The notes under the pieces were generated by a model, which saw only the letters and a list, made by a program, of their open reading frames with translations, had not been told where the DNA came from and made no database searches. The translations under genes were made by a program, and so were the position numbers. 64,000 nucleotides of DNA from Octopus vulgaris (Eukaryota). Location: NCBI GenBank assembly GCA_951406725.2, contig OX597831.1, positions 10,726,001 to 10,790,000 on the forward strand, in the 5' to 3' direction. Positions 13,641 to 28,009 of the stretch are shown here, piece by piece. The stretch's first letter is position 1; each line of letters opens with the position of its first letter.

Positions 13641-14029
13641 TCATTTCTGTACGTGTGATTCCGTGTGTCTATGTGTCTGTGTGTCTGTTTGTATCATGTT
13701 CATTTATAGAACAAGATTTCTCCGTCTTCTTATGTGTTGTCTTCATGGATTTCCTGAAGAAAGAAGAAAACAAAAAACGGTACTTTACCAAAATATTATA
13801 ACATTAATTAATTCAAAGTTGTTGTTGTTACTGTTTTACTAACGCTATTGTTACTGCTGCTGCTGCTGCTGCTGGTAATGTTGTTTTTGTTGTTGTTGTC
13901 GTCTTAACCTGTAGTAGTCGAGAAAGAGACGGTCGTGACCACCACATTTATTTATTTATTTATTTATTGGGATATACTGATGGTGCGACGGAAATATTCA
14001 ACTTATTGTCGTTTACCTTGTACATGACG

Positions 14030-14400
14030 CAATCTTTGCACTGCGGCCATGCTGGGGCACTGTTTTAAGTGATATAGTCTAAGAAATGCTCCCGCAGTAC
14101 TGAGTTTCTGAAGTCATTATTTATTCCATCGATCTGTTATAGCAAAGCTGGGACGTAAACAAACCAATACCTGTCGTCAAGCGCGAGGGATCAAACACAA
14201 ATATACAAAACACACACACACACAAACAAATAGATAGATAGATAAATAGATAGAAAGATATGTATACGATGGGATTCTACAGTTTCCGTTTTCCAAATTC
14301 ACTCACAAGACACTAGTCGGCCCGTGGTTAAAGTAGAAGACAGTTGATTAGGTACTGATTAATGTGTTCAAAACTGGAACCATAGGGTTCTAAAGAGAGC
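14030..14400 (-). mobile_element. SINE family B, diverged
   Basis: ctgcggccatgctggggcac..gacgtaaacaaacc..cagtttccgt..aaattcactcacaag. Confidence 0.75.
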
Positions 14401-14856
14401 CTCTCGACTTTCGCTGCTATTCTTATCTGGTATGGTCGCGTGGTAAAGAATTGGATGAACCGAAATAAGCTTAGAAGAAGCAGGAATTTTCCCAAAGTTT
14501 CTTTAATATATATTCATTTCTCTACGATATGGGAATAATATAAAGCAGTTGGTAATATAAGGCTCGTTGCGTCACCGAATACGTTGTCATATAATATCTC
14601 CGTCACGTTACAGGCAATACCATACACTAACCCACCCCTCATACATGCACACATCTGAATTACTGTAGATAGGACGACACATCGTGTATACAAGCGATAC
14701 ACACACACACATTTGTTTTATTAGTATTTTATAGAAGCAACAGAATGTCACAGGGCCCGAGACTTTCGTGCGTTTGCACTTATCCAAGTTTTGAAACGCA
14801 GGAAACTCTCGGCCCTTAACTAACGCTGTTGCCCTTAAATATTGGCAATCTCACAC

Positions 14857-14905
<49 letters not shown>

Positions 14906-15009
14906 CTATCTATCGATATATATACATAAATAATATTATATATATATATATATATATTATATACATATATATATATATATATATACACACATACACATAT
15001 ACATATATA

Positions 15010-15211
15010 CTTTTCTTTTCTTTTTTTTATTTGTTTCAGTCATTTGGCTGCGGCCATGCTAGAGCACCGCTTTTAGTCGAGCAAATTGACCCCAGGACTT
15101 ATTCTGTGTAAGCCTAGTACTTATTCTATAAGTGTGTCTTGCAGAACCACTAAGTGACGGGGACGTAAACACATCAGCATCGGTTGTCAAGCGATGTTGG
15201 GGGTGCTACAT

Positions 15212-15281
<70 letters not shown>

Positions 15282-15420
15282 CTACCAAATCCACTCAGAA
15301 GGATTTAGTCGGCCCTAGGCTATAGTAGAAGACACCTCCCTAAGGTTCTACGCAGTGGGATTGAACCCGGAACCATGTGGTTCGGAACCAAGCTTCTTAC
15401 CACACAGCTACTCCTGCACC
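15010..15420 (-). mobile_element. SINE family B
   Basis: tttcagtcatttggctgcggccatgct..tatagtagaagacac..gaacccggaaccatgtgg. Confidence 0.9.
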
Positions 15421-15589
15421 TATATATGTGTGTGAGTGTGTGTATGTGTGTGTGCCTTTGCCTCTGTATGTGTGTGTATCTGTGAGTCTGTGTGTATTTG
15501 TGCGTGCGCATGCTTATGTATGAATAACAGCAGTTACGGAAATACTACATATATACCTCTCTTTATCGTATTATTAGAATCATTAGGTT

Positions 15590-15770
15590 GCCGGTTGAAA
15601 TTCTTAGCAGCATTTCGTCCGTCTTCGCATTCTGATTTCAAATACCGTCGCGGTCGACTTTACACTTCATCCTTTCGGGGTCGATAATATAAGTACCAGT
15701 CGAATAGTGGAGGGGGGGACGTCGATGTAATCAACTTGAACCCCATCCCAGAAATTTGAAACCGTTACCC
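15590..15770 (+). mobile_element. SINE family A, partial
   Basis: ttcatcctttcggggtcgataatataagtaccag. Confidence 0.8.
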
Positions 15771-15839
15771 TAAAATTCGTTTGTAAATGTGTTTGTGTGT
15801 TTATGTATATATCCACATGTATGCGTAAATATAATCTCT

Positions 15840-16480
<641 letters not shown>

Positions 16481-16794
16481 CACTCTTTCCGTCTCTAAAC
16501 TCGACAGACCCCTTGCCCCACCGCACTCATCTTTGTAAGCTATCGCATAGCAATCCTATTGTATGGCACGCGCTTGACTCTGCATTGATGTACGTTCTCG
16601 GCTCGTCAAATCGAGGATCCTGTTTCGATTCCCAGATAGAACAATTTCATCTCACTAATCCCGATTATAGGTTATAGAAAAAAAAATCATACTCAGGAAT
16701 ATCCTATAAGGTGAAAATCAAATACGTCATTCATTATATGTAATTATATTTCTTTCTGTGTTTTTTTTATATATATTAATTGCTATATATATTA

Positions 16795-17184
16795 AGGTGA
16801 AGTTCAGTGGTTAAGACGGTCCCTTTGGAAACTTGTTGTTTCGGGTTCAATTCTACGATTCAACACCTTAAACAAGTGTCTTCTACTACGGCACCGGGGC
16901 GGCAAATGCATTACAAGTGAATTAGGTAGACGAAAACTGTGTGGAAGCCCGACGTCTATATGTGTGTCTATTGTCTATGCGTATTGTGTGTGTGTGTGTG
17001 TGTGCGCGCTCGCTCAAATATGTACATATGCCTATGTTTGTGTTTATGTGTCCGTTTGTCCTGTGCCCTATTTATCTTAACTGGTTAACCGTTTCACTCC
17101 CCCCTCTCTCTCTATTCCTTTTCTACACGCATATGCGCGCATACACGCACTCACAGACAAGGCATACATACTGCAGACATACAT

Positions 17185-17243
<59 letters not shown>

Positions 17244-17299
17244 CATTTATATATATATATATATTTATGTAAATATATATATATGTGTGTGTGTATATG

Positions 17300-17394
<95 letters not shown>

Positions 17395-17610
17395 ATATGT
17401 ATGTATGTATGTATATGGATGCATATATACATAGATACATGTTTAAACATGGCGATTCGAGAAAAAATACGGCAAAATATCTGATTTGAAAATTTTAAAA
17501 GAAAATAGCGAAAACAAACGTAAATGTTGGGAGTTGACGTCTTCGGTTAACCTACGTCAATGTCCTGCCCCAGCATGGCCGCAGTCTAATGACCGCAACA
17601 AGTAAAAGAC
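16795..17610 (+). mobile_element. SINE family B head and tail separated by expanded microsatellites
   Basis: Head ggttcaattc..aagtgtcttctactac..ggtagacgaaaactgtgtggaagccc (16795-16960); tail gccccagcatggccgcagtctaatgac (17567-17610). Confidence 0.6.
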
Positions 17611-18511
17611 AAGCAGCTGCAAAGTTACATATCTCTTGGCGGGACAGAGAGGTTTAGTCGATCATACAGAACACTAGTCTTAAGCTAGAATTTATTGTAC
17701 TAACTCAGCTGTCACGTAATATCTGTATCCATGTTGTTGTTAAGTTTGCGAAAGTCAGCTTGCGCTCTAAGAGCGCAAGTTGAGAAGTCCGCGTTAAGTA
17801 AAGCGCCGGCACTGCTATCATGCACTTCCAAAGCTCGGATGAAACAAAGTGTATTATGGCCGAAGTGAACGGTGCCCACCCGCTAAAAATGGTATTTAGT
17901 ATATTTTTCTTTATTAAAACATAATTATGTACTATCAGCTTCATGACATAATCTAATCGTAATTTGCCTTCAGATCCAATAATTCACGCTGATAAAATAA
18001 AGATCAAATCAGGCTGTTGCTGTGTTATTAATAAAAATATCCTAAAGGTGCGCCAGAATCCATAGCTCCGGCCCGATATCACACAGTGGCATAACAACAA
18101 TCATACGCCACACGATCTTTCACTTGCAACTGTAATCTTTCATTAGAACAATATCAAACAAAACGAAAAATTACAATTGATGAAATAAGGTGTTAAAAAG
18201 CCGAGGCTGTAATGTTATAATTATTATAAAATTCTTCAAAGACTGTCCGAGAGTTTATATCTCAAATCGGACCATACTTAAAGAATAAAAAAATTCACTT
18301 TAACAATACGGACAGCCTTTAACAAGTAAGACAACAATAAAATCAGCGATAATATTTACAAGAGAGAAAAGTACTGCAGCTGTAACAGTATTTGTAAGGA
18401 TAAGAACTAGAATTTATTTATTTATTTTATTACTTGTATTTATATAGTAACAAAAGAGCATGAAAGGGTAACGATGACCGCAAAAGTAAGTTACTGCGGG
18501 ATAAGATAGAT

Positions 18512-18552
<41 letters not shown>

Positions 18553-18908
18553 GGATAGATAGATAGATAAACAGAGGCACAGGCAGCCGACAGACAGATA
18601 GACAGATAGATAATGCATAAACGAATGACTACATTAAGTGTAAATCCTATATGAATATAATTACATACAAATATATGTATGTGTGCGTGTGTGTGTGTGT
18701 GAGTGAGTGTGTGTTTGTTCGTTAGACAGAGAAAGTGAATGAGAGCAACGGAGGATGAGAGAAAGTAAGAGAGAGACATGGAGGAGGAGGAGAAGGAGGA
18801 GAAAGGGGAAGAGGTGGAGAGAGAAGATGAGGAGGGGGAGTAATTCATCATTTGTGAGGCATGTCCATGTACATTATATACATACATACATGTATATATA
18901 TATATATG

Positions 18909-19017
<109 letters not shown>

Positions 19018-19026
19018 GTATGTATA

Positions 19027-19077
<51 letters not shown>

Positions 19078-19080
19078 GTA

Positions 19081-19132
<52 letters not shown>

Positions 19133-19291
19133 ATGTAGTGATGGTGATGATGATGTAATAAATAAAAACTCCACGTAAAATGTGGTATAAACATCAATAG
19201 TACCTTCTGCCTTTCCATGAATGAAAACTTCCTCAGGTTCGCCCCCTACTTGCCGCCCCCAGCCGATTCTAGACATCCGTATTTTGCTCAT

Positions 19292-19340
<49 letters not shown>

Positions 19341-19563
19341 TACACACACACACACACATATATATATATAAAGTTGCTTACTATGTTCCTTTCTCTTTTT
19401 TGAGGGGTGTTTATTTTCTTAATTTGGATGATTTTGTTGTTTTGTTTTAGTATTTAGTTCGTCCGACGAAAATCTTTAATTTCAATATTTGTTAACAATC
19501 AATTTTTTTTTTCTGTTTTTGATATCAACCCGAACTCAAAATATTTTTTTAAATAATTCCATT

Positions 19564-19632
<69 letters not shown>

Positions 19633-19874
19633 GCTTTGCTCCCTCCCTCTCTTCCACATCCTCCCCCTTTCTCCCTCGTTTTTCTCTGGACTTCTCTACA
19701 TACCGTATTGCATTGCCAGTCAGGTAGATCTGTGTATGTGTGTCCGTTTTTGTCTCTGTATAAGTGTCTGTGTCTGTGTGTTTGTATGCGTGTGTGTGTG
19801 TGTGTGTGTGTATGTACATGCTTATGTTCAAGTGTACGTGTACATCGACGTATATTTGCATATATGAACATATA

Positions 19875-19928
<54 letters not shown>

Positions 19929-20123
19929 TTTCATAGGAAAGTATATATGCCTGTGCATGTCTGCGTAGAATTATGAATACCATATATTTTATCGCCATAC
20001 GTATATATGTATGAATGTGCTTATATATATGTGTGTGTTTGTGTGCATGTTGTGTAGTGCCGTAACTTTTCTCTGTGTGTGTGCGTCTTAAATAATTCAA
20101 TACAATATTCGCAGATCGCGTAC

Positions 20124-20154
20124 CTACGTCGCTGCTTGCAGGAGCCTGTAACAT
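20124..20154 (-). CDS. Candidate first coding piece of divergent transcript (MLQAPASSDV, phase 1)
   Basis: ATG 20154, donor GTAG|gtacgc at 20124; phase fits exon 12040-12221; weak. Confidence 0.2.
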
Positions 20155-20349
20155 ATGAATGCGTGTGCTTATGTGTGAATGAGAGTCGGCGTGAAGATAT
20201 AAACACAATAATAGTTACAGATGCATGATAATAAGCAAGAAATATAATCTTCTTGTTCGCTGCCGTTGTTGTTGTTGTTGTTGTTGTTGATGTTGGTGTT
20301 GGTGTTGGTGTTGCTTATATTCTGTTTTCCGAAGCATGCTGCTAGTTTT

Positions 20350-20535
20350 GGTTTTCTTGCGTCACTGGAGAGAGATTTTGAAAAACGCAACAACAAGCGC
20401 AACAGCCTATGATTTCGAAAGTAAAACCGTGCCGAGTCTACAGCAGAAACATTTGACGTCACAAATGTGGTGGCAGCAGTCAGCGGGTGACTGGCAGGAT
20501 TCCAGCAAAGCCATTGAAACAGTCAGTTAGTTCCT
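20350..20535. promoter_or_regulatory. Putative (bidirectional) Pol II promoter
   Basis: Unique CpG-containing island with palindromic CRE TGACGTCA (20454-20461), TGCGTCA near 20358 and Inr-like TCAGTT (20523-20528). Confidence 0.4.
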
Positions 20536-21459
20536 CCCAGCACAAGACATACACACTACACACTACACAGAGAGAGAGAGAGAGACATTATTATTATTAT
20601 TATTATTACTATAACACAATACAAACAACAACAACAACAAACAACAACAAACAACGCAAAAAAAAAATTACAAACTAGCAAAAACAACACTGATAATAAT
20701 AATTCTGATAATAATAATAATGATGATGATGATGATGATAATGATGATAATGTTAATAATAAAAAGAAAATAAGGAAAAAAAAAGTCTATGGAATAAGAA
20801 GTATTCAACGAATGTTTTCCAAGACTTTCAACTGTTAAATTTAAATATTTATAGTTACTTCAGCGGGTTTGGCTGTTAATTACTACTTTGTTATTACAAT
20901 TATCATTAAGTTTATTATAACATATATTATAAATCCAGTATAATATAATAGAATATTCAAATTATATCATATCATATTCTATTTATACGTTGCGATATAT
21001 GAAGGTGCGTCACGCTTATAAAAGCGTTGCACGCGCCGCACGTACCTACATATATACAATTTAAGAAGGCAAATCTATTCTAGATGAAACGCTTCGCTGC
21101 TTCCAATTCAAATGTGGATTTCCTTCTATTCTATATATTTTTAATATCTTATTTCTTCATTTCTTTCACTTCATTAAAATATATATTGCATTCCAAACTT
21201 CTAGCAACAAAAGGATGCTGAATGATATAAATATTGATAATAATGATATTACTATTACGACGACCACCACTTCTAGTTTCTATAAATAATACTAATACAA
21301 ATAATAATAATAATAATAATACCAACAATTGTAATAATAATCATTATACTCATTATTGCCGTTGTTTTTGTCACTACTATTACTGCCACCAGTGTTTCAA
21401 TGAAGAGCCTAACCGAAAGAATTGCACGGTACATACTTAAAGAAACATAATCTGACAAA

Positions 21460-21515
<56 letters not shown>

Positions 21516-21582
21516 TATATATGTGAGTGTGTGTGCGTATGTATATATGTGTATGTGTATAAAATTTCATGGATCTGTAGAG

Positions 21583-21642
21583 ATGGAGAGAAAGACTTAT
21601 TTAAGTCTGAAATTTACACTTCGCTGTCACACACAACAACAG
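21583..21642 (+). CDS. Candidate first coding exon MERKTYLSLKFTLRCHTQQQ (phase 0) of an unidentified gene
   Basis: ATG 21583, 20 open codons, consensus donor CAG|gtaagt; preceded by ~1.1 kb TE-free UTR-like sequence. Confidence 0.45.
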
Positions 21643-22619
21643 GTAAGTTCCAATCATTCTCTCACCTTTACACTTCAGTTTTTCTTTGCAAAGATTTAAT
21701 GCAATTGTTTTGTTTATTCCTGTTTGTGTGTGTGTGTGCGTGAGTGTGTGTGTGTGTGTGTGTGTGTGCGTGTGTGTGTGTGTGTGTTGTTGTACCTCTA
21801 TACTTTGTTAGTATATATTTTTAATTATTTACCGGTATTCGTCACATGTCACGCTGAGATTACTTTTTTAATATCACCTGCAATATGTACATACACACAC
21901 ACGCACATACATACACGCATACATACACTCATACATACACGCATACATACACGCATATATACATACATAGACATATATATATATATGTATACATACACAC
22001 AAATACATATACATACACATACACACACACACATATATATATATGTATATATATATACCTAGATACATATACATACACGCACACATATATAGATATGTAT
22101 GTATGTATACATGTATATATAATCATATTACATTATATTTTTTTAAAAGCATGCACACATGCGCGCGCATTATTTCACTAACACACACGCGAGCACGTGC
22201 ACACACACACACAAATGCACATACATAAAAGCACCGGGAAGTGAAACTTCATGGAATTTAATGAATGCTTAGCTGAAAATAAATGAAAACCACTTCGTTT
22301 CTCCGATGGAGTTTGCATGCATGCAGATATATATACGCATACATGTACAAAAGCACTCCCTCACACAGACACACACACACATATTTATAAATTATATGCT
22401 CATGCATGTGGCCATATATGTACTTGTGTATATGCATATATACTCATATGTGTAAATGCTTGTATGAACATGTGTTCGCACCGAATACGCGCACGCGAGT
22501 GTGTGCGGTCACGGGGTTTCTTCGCTTCTAAAATACTTTGATTTCATCCACATATCAACAATCCGAATGCAACATGTGTCTCTTTCGGCTCTGACATTTT
22601 ATCGCCATCATCATCATCA

Positions 22620-22678
<59 letters not shown>

Positions 22679-23249
22679 TATATATTTATTTATTTATTAG
22701 TTTACTTAGAATCTCAAAACTTTGATAAAATGTTCCACCACTAAAAGTTTGAGGTGGAAACGTGTCCTGAAAGCACATCCAGTGTATTCTACGGTTCGAA
22801 TCACGTCTCAATCAATACCTTAACAACAATAGCTTGTTTTTCTTTTTCACTCTTTATCATAACACTTCATCCCATGTTGACACGATATTTATTTTTCAGC
22901 GTGTCTTAATCTTTCGTTTAAAACATCATAGCTGTTAACCAGTATCGGATACCTAGGCTGATAAATTTGATGATATCAAAAGTTATAAACTAAACTATCG
23001 TATGTATTATTGATTTGCTATATATTTACTGCCGCTGTAAACCGAGAGTTAGATATCTCATCACGTCTTGTCTCCAGCGCGGTTTCAATTCCCAGTGGAT
23101 TCCATTATTGTGCTTTATGACCGCATAAACATTTTCACATTTGCATACCTTCGTAAAATGAATTATGGATCCTATGTTTAATTAAGATATCTAATTAAAT
23201 TACATAAGAGGCAATCTTTGTAAAAGTACATGTCGTTTCTGATAGTTAT

Positions 23250-23465
23250 ATTTGTGGTTACTTATCCACGGGTCAGCTCCCGTGAGCAGGACTATAATTA
23301 AAGAGCTTACAACCGTTACCACCGCATCATCTATCAAGACCACGTCTTGAAGACGTACGTCATACACTGCGTCGTTTACCTTTGGAAATTCTGCGTGTCC
23401 TGATTAGGGGACATTTGGCTACTATTACTAGAAATTCATGCTTCCACATTGTGGCTCCCTTACAC
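23250..23465 (+). mobile_element. Unclassified interspersed repeat (family D)
   Basis: Motif atttggctrctatttctag recurs at ~28880, 34050, 34255, 34530 and 52480. Confidence 0.45.
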
Positions 23466-23825
23466 AATGATGTTGCAACGACAAAGTCCCCTCCACTTAT
23501 ATTCACTGACAATGCTGAAAAGTATGGATAAAAACATCAATAACAGAGCATCACAGTACCTCTAGGAATTGTGCTCTGCAAAATAGTATTATGATTGTCA
23601 TTATCATTGGAATCGAATTTGTATTTCATCATATCGGGTCGATAAAGTAAAGTGCCGGCCTCGTTATAATCGAGTCACGCCCCACCCTTTGACTTTTGAC
23701 ATTCTGCAAAAATTTCAAATCTTCATCATCATCATCATCATCATTATCATCACCATCATCATCAACACCACAACCACCACCACCATCATCATCAACATCA
23801 TCGTCATCATAATTATTATCATTGT

Positions 23826-24200
23826 GCTGCCCTCGAATGAGTTTATTGAAAAGTGGGTGACAGTTCGCGAAAATGTGTAGACCCATGAGTCGGAGAGAAA
23901 GAATTGGAGAAGGCACTTGGTCTTGAGGTTTGAGGGATATCTCGGACAGTGGGGTTCCTCGATTATCCCTAGAGGCCTTCCTGTACCAGGAGGGCCACAT
24001 TTCTATCATCCAGCCTACCACTTTTTTAAACCTATGTAGGCCATGCGTTTGTCCCTTCTTTTTCAGTGTATACCGTGCATACTTATTTTTTTCTATCATT
24101 TCATTATATATAAAACCCCATATTTTATATCTGTGTTTGTATTCTACCCCCACCCTTCACTCTTGTAGCAAATAAATGAAGTCACAATTGTTACTATTAT
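23826..24200 (+). mobile_element. L1/Tx1-like LINE 3' end
   Basis: ORF2-like end VLPSNEFIEKWVTV, pyrimidine-rich 3'UTR, ctcttgtagcaaataaa, then (ATT)n; clade assignment from recall. Confidence 0.5.
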
Positions 24201-24805
24201 TATTATTACTATTATCATTAAGGTGGCTTGCTGGCCGAATCGATAGAACGCCGAACGTAGTACTTAGCGACATGTGGCTCGTCTTTACGTTGTGAGTTCA
24301 AATTACACTGTGGAGGATTTCGCTTCGACTGTTATTCTTCCAGAATCGATAGGTAGATATATCCACCACCACCCCTAACACACACATGCATGTATATTAA
24401 CCAATATATATTTATATATAGATATAGCTTCATAAGTGCTCACGTACGAAACTCTGTCATCGAGTCATTCTGACGCTCGTGCTATATATTTATATCTATC
24501 TATCTATCTATCTATCAAATTATCTATCTATTTATCTACCTATATCTATATATATATATACATACATGCATACTTGCATGCATACATACATATATGCATA
24601 CATACATACATACACATTCCTACATATATAAACCATACATACATGTAGACATACATGCATGCATACATGCATATATAAATGCACACATGTATTCACACAC
24701 CAATATGCGTCAGCATACGTGTATACAAGTTGTACGTATTATTGAATTCCATATTATTATTGTTATCATTATCATTATTCTTGTTGTTGTTGTTGTTGGT
24801 GTTGT

Positions 24806-25420
24806 TGTGAAGAGATGCGTGAATGAGCGTGAATAGCCCCGACTGAACGAACCTAATCTAAGCAAGAGCATCTAGATCGATGGTAGACGAAGTGGAGATG
24901 TCATATTCCCTTAATGTCAGGGCAATCTTGGGTTTTATGATGTTTCCACGAACAGCCCTTGGAAGTCTCTCGCTTTTGTGGATTTCCTTCTTAGAAACCT
25001 TTATTGTTATTGCCCTTTTTACACGATTAAATCCCACCCTTTGTGTTTTGTACCGTCCTATGCCATTCGAAATCTTTTATATAAACTCTCAGGGGTGAAT
25101 AAACAAACACAAGATTATTAGAATGAATTGTCTTGCTTTTGTTTCGTACATGTTGACTCCAAGTCTCTCTCAGAGACCCTAAGAGACAACAAGTCATTTA
25201 TCATTCACCCGTGGCTGTTGTGAGTTTTCCATGCGGTCAATAAAGCGCCTCCCCTATTGGGAGTTTTAATTTGTTTAATTTTTAATTGTTATTTATATTC
25301 TTTACACGCTGTAAAACCATTTATATCGTCCTGTTTTTGTCTTTTATGCTGCTGCATGTCTTTTAATGTTATTTTATTCGAGCCCTTCTGGCTAATAAAA
25401 GAATAGATTATTATCATTAT
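24806..25420 (+). mobile_element. L1/Tx1-like LINE 3' UTR
   Basis: Long T-rich UTR ending gagcccttctggctaataaaagaa plus (ATT)n tail; similar layout to 23826-24200. Confidence 0.5.
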
Positions 25421-25956
25421 TATTAGTATTATCATTATGTCATATACTGGTCAGAAATTCTGCCGGGTTCAACTTAGCTTTTCCTCCAAGATGGGATGAA
25501 ACTGTACCAATCACGTACTTGTGGTCGATTCTTAAAGTGACTGAGAGAACAGTATTAACCATAGGTCTGGGTTAGGTTACGGGTTCAATTCCAGCTGACG
25601 TCAAGGGTGCGTTTTCAACTTTGAGAAGAATTATTAACGACATAAATTCTGGGTTTCGATCTCATCGATTGACAACTTTCTCTAAATTGCCAGCCATGTG
25701 CCTACGTAAGAAACAATTACCATTATTGTTCTCGTTATCGTCGTCGTCGTCGTCATCATCATCATCATCATCATCATCGTCATCAACATCATCATCATCA
25801 TCATCATCATTATCATCATCATCATCAACAACAACGTCATATTCAACGCATCCAAGCAATACATTTAATTTCAATTCCGATGGTATGTTTGTATGTATGT
25901 AAAGTACGAAGTATATGTGTTTATATATAAGTGTATGTATATGTACGCATCTAGTA

Positions 25957-26037
<81 letters not shown>

Positions 26038-26053
26038 ATATATATATGTAGCC

Positions 26054-26090
26054 GTCCGCATAGCTCAGTCGGTAGAGCATCAGACATTTA
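26054..26090 (+). pseudogene. 5' half of tRNA-Lys(UUU), positions 1-37
   Basis: GTCCGCATAGCTCAGTCGGTAGAGCATCAGACATTTA vs metazoan tRNA-Lys(UUU) GCCCGGATAGCTCAGTCGGTAGAGCATCAGACTTTTA (recalled), 34/37 identical; no 3' half. Confidence 0.8.
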
Positions 26091-26094
26091 TTAG

Positions 26095-26323
26095 GTGCGG
26101 CGTGCTGGCAGAAACGTTAGCGCGCCGGGCGAAATGCTTAGCGATATTTCGTCTGTCGTTACGGTATGAGTTCAAATTCTGCCGAGGTCGACTTTGCCTT
26201 TCATCCTTTCGGGGTCGATAAATAAAGTACCAGTTTCGCACTGGGGTCGATGTAATCTACTTAATCCCTTTGTCTGTCCTTGTTTGTTCCCTCTATGTTT
26301 AGCCCCTTGTGGGCAGTAAAGAA

Positions 26324-26325
<2 letters not shown>
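26095..26325 (+). mobile_element. SINE family A monomer
   Basis: gctggcagaaacgttagcgcgccgggcgaaatgc..gagttcaaattc..ttagccccttgtgggcagtaaagaaa. Confidence 0.92.
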
Positions 26326-26369
<44 letters not shown>

Positions 26370-26410
26370 CGTAAATATGCATATATTTAATATATTTATT
26401 TAATTATTTA

Positions 26411-26447
<37 letters not shown>

Positions 26448-26451
26448 CATA

Positions 26452-26576
26452 TTGGTGCAGGTCTGGATGTGTGGTAAATAGCTTGCTTCCCAATCACATG
26501 GTTGCGTCTTCAGTCCCACTACGTGGTATATTGGTAAAAATGCTTTTTTTCAACCTGGGCCGACTAACGGCAGCCA

Positions 26577-26613
<37 letters not shown>

Positions 26614-26830
26614 TGTTCTGCACAACCGCTTGACAACTACTGTTGGCATGTTTACGTCCATGTAAGTTAGGGGTTCGGCAAAAGAGAGTGATAGAATAAG
26701 TATCAGGTTTAACAGACACACACACACACACACACAATCCCAAGTACTTGGATTCGTTCTACCAAAAAAAACGGTCCACGGCGGTGCCCCAGCAAGGCCG
26801 CAGTCTAATGATTAAAACAAGTAAAAGTAT
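26452..26830 (+). mobile_element. SINE family B
   Basis: gtgtggtaaatagcttgcttcccaatcacatgg..ggttcggcaaaagag..ggccgcagtctaatga. Confidence 0.85.
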
Positions 26831-27269
26831 AAGATAGATATATATATATAAGAGACATATGATACATTATGTTGGTAGGTATTTGTGTAAATGGGGATAT
26901 ACAAGTTCATACGATTTTCGGTATGTATCCGTATGTTTGTATGTATGTGTGTACGACTGTCTGTTTTGCATCTATTATTGTGTGTTCGATCCTCTGGAGT
27001 GACATTTTGGGCAACAAGTGCTCCGGATCCTCTCAAGCATGTTTTATGTATGATATTTATCAGACGGAATCTACTTAGATTCGAACTCACGTGAATCATA
27101 TCAGGAGCTTAAAGGTGCATAAGCGTCAGTCTCTGTACCACGCTGACACTTTCTTTCGTAGAGTTCATGTGGCTATGAGAGACTCGAACTCTTCAGACGT
27201 CAGTTGAAATAGTCGGCCATTCAGTTGATCCCATGAATTCGATAATCATTATCGAAAACGAGGGAAGCC

Positions 27270-27620
27270 CCGTTGTTCCGGGTTCAGTCCCAATGCGGGG
27301 CACCTTGGCCATGTATCTTCTACCATACCCACAAGCCGACCATTTCCTTGTAAGGGAATTCAGTAGACGAAACTGTGTGGAAGACCACCGTATATATGTG
27401 TGTCTGTGTGTCTTTGTGGCAGCATTTGTTCCCTCCCTAGCCCGCTTAAAGACTGATGTTCGTTTGTTTATGTCCCTGTAACATATAGTTTGGTAAAAAC
27501 CCAATGGAATATGTACCAGACTTGAAATGAAGTCGTGGTGTTAATTTCTTTGTCTAAAATTCTTCTGGGCCTTGCTCCAACATGACCGCATTCCATTGAC
27601 TGAAACAAGCAAAAGATAAA
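27270..27620 (+). mobile_element. SINE family B
   Basis: ccgggttcagtcccaatgcggggcaccttgg..gactgaaacaagcaaaag. Confidence 0.85.
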
Positions 27621-28009
27621 AAATATAAGATATAATGTGTGCGCGCGAGTGCTTCTCTACGCACGTGTGTATGTATGCATGCGTGTATGCACGAATGTAT
27701 GCCCGGATGTTATACCCGTAGCCCATTATTTTAAGATGTTGGACTCTTATTGCGAACATATATTTCGTATTTTGTAGCGGAAACGAAAAGGAAATGCCAA
27801 ACTAGCTTTCATGCTATTTCGAACTCTGGAACACATCATTACAAGCTAGTGAAATGAAATCCTGGTGAGGGGGGGGGTAATACTCAGCCTGATACTGTTG
27901 TAGTTTAGTCCAAGGAATACCCTTAGAAACCATATGAGTGGTCAAAATGCTTCCAAACTTATCAATCCAGTCTTTTATTTCGACAATATAGATCTTGTTA
28001 TGAAGTCGT

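Noticed and set aside
20169-20462. 97 aa minus-strand ORF with poly-N
   Set aside because: Starts at GTG in a eukaryote and spans an (AAC)n tract in the promoter-like island; more likely UTR or promoter sequence.
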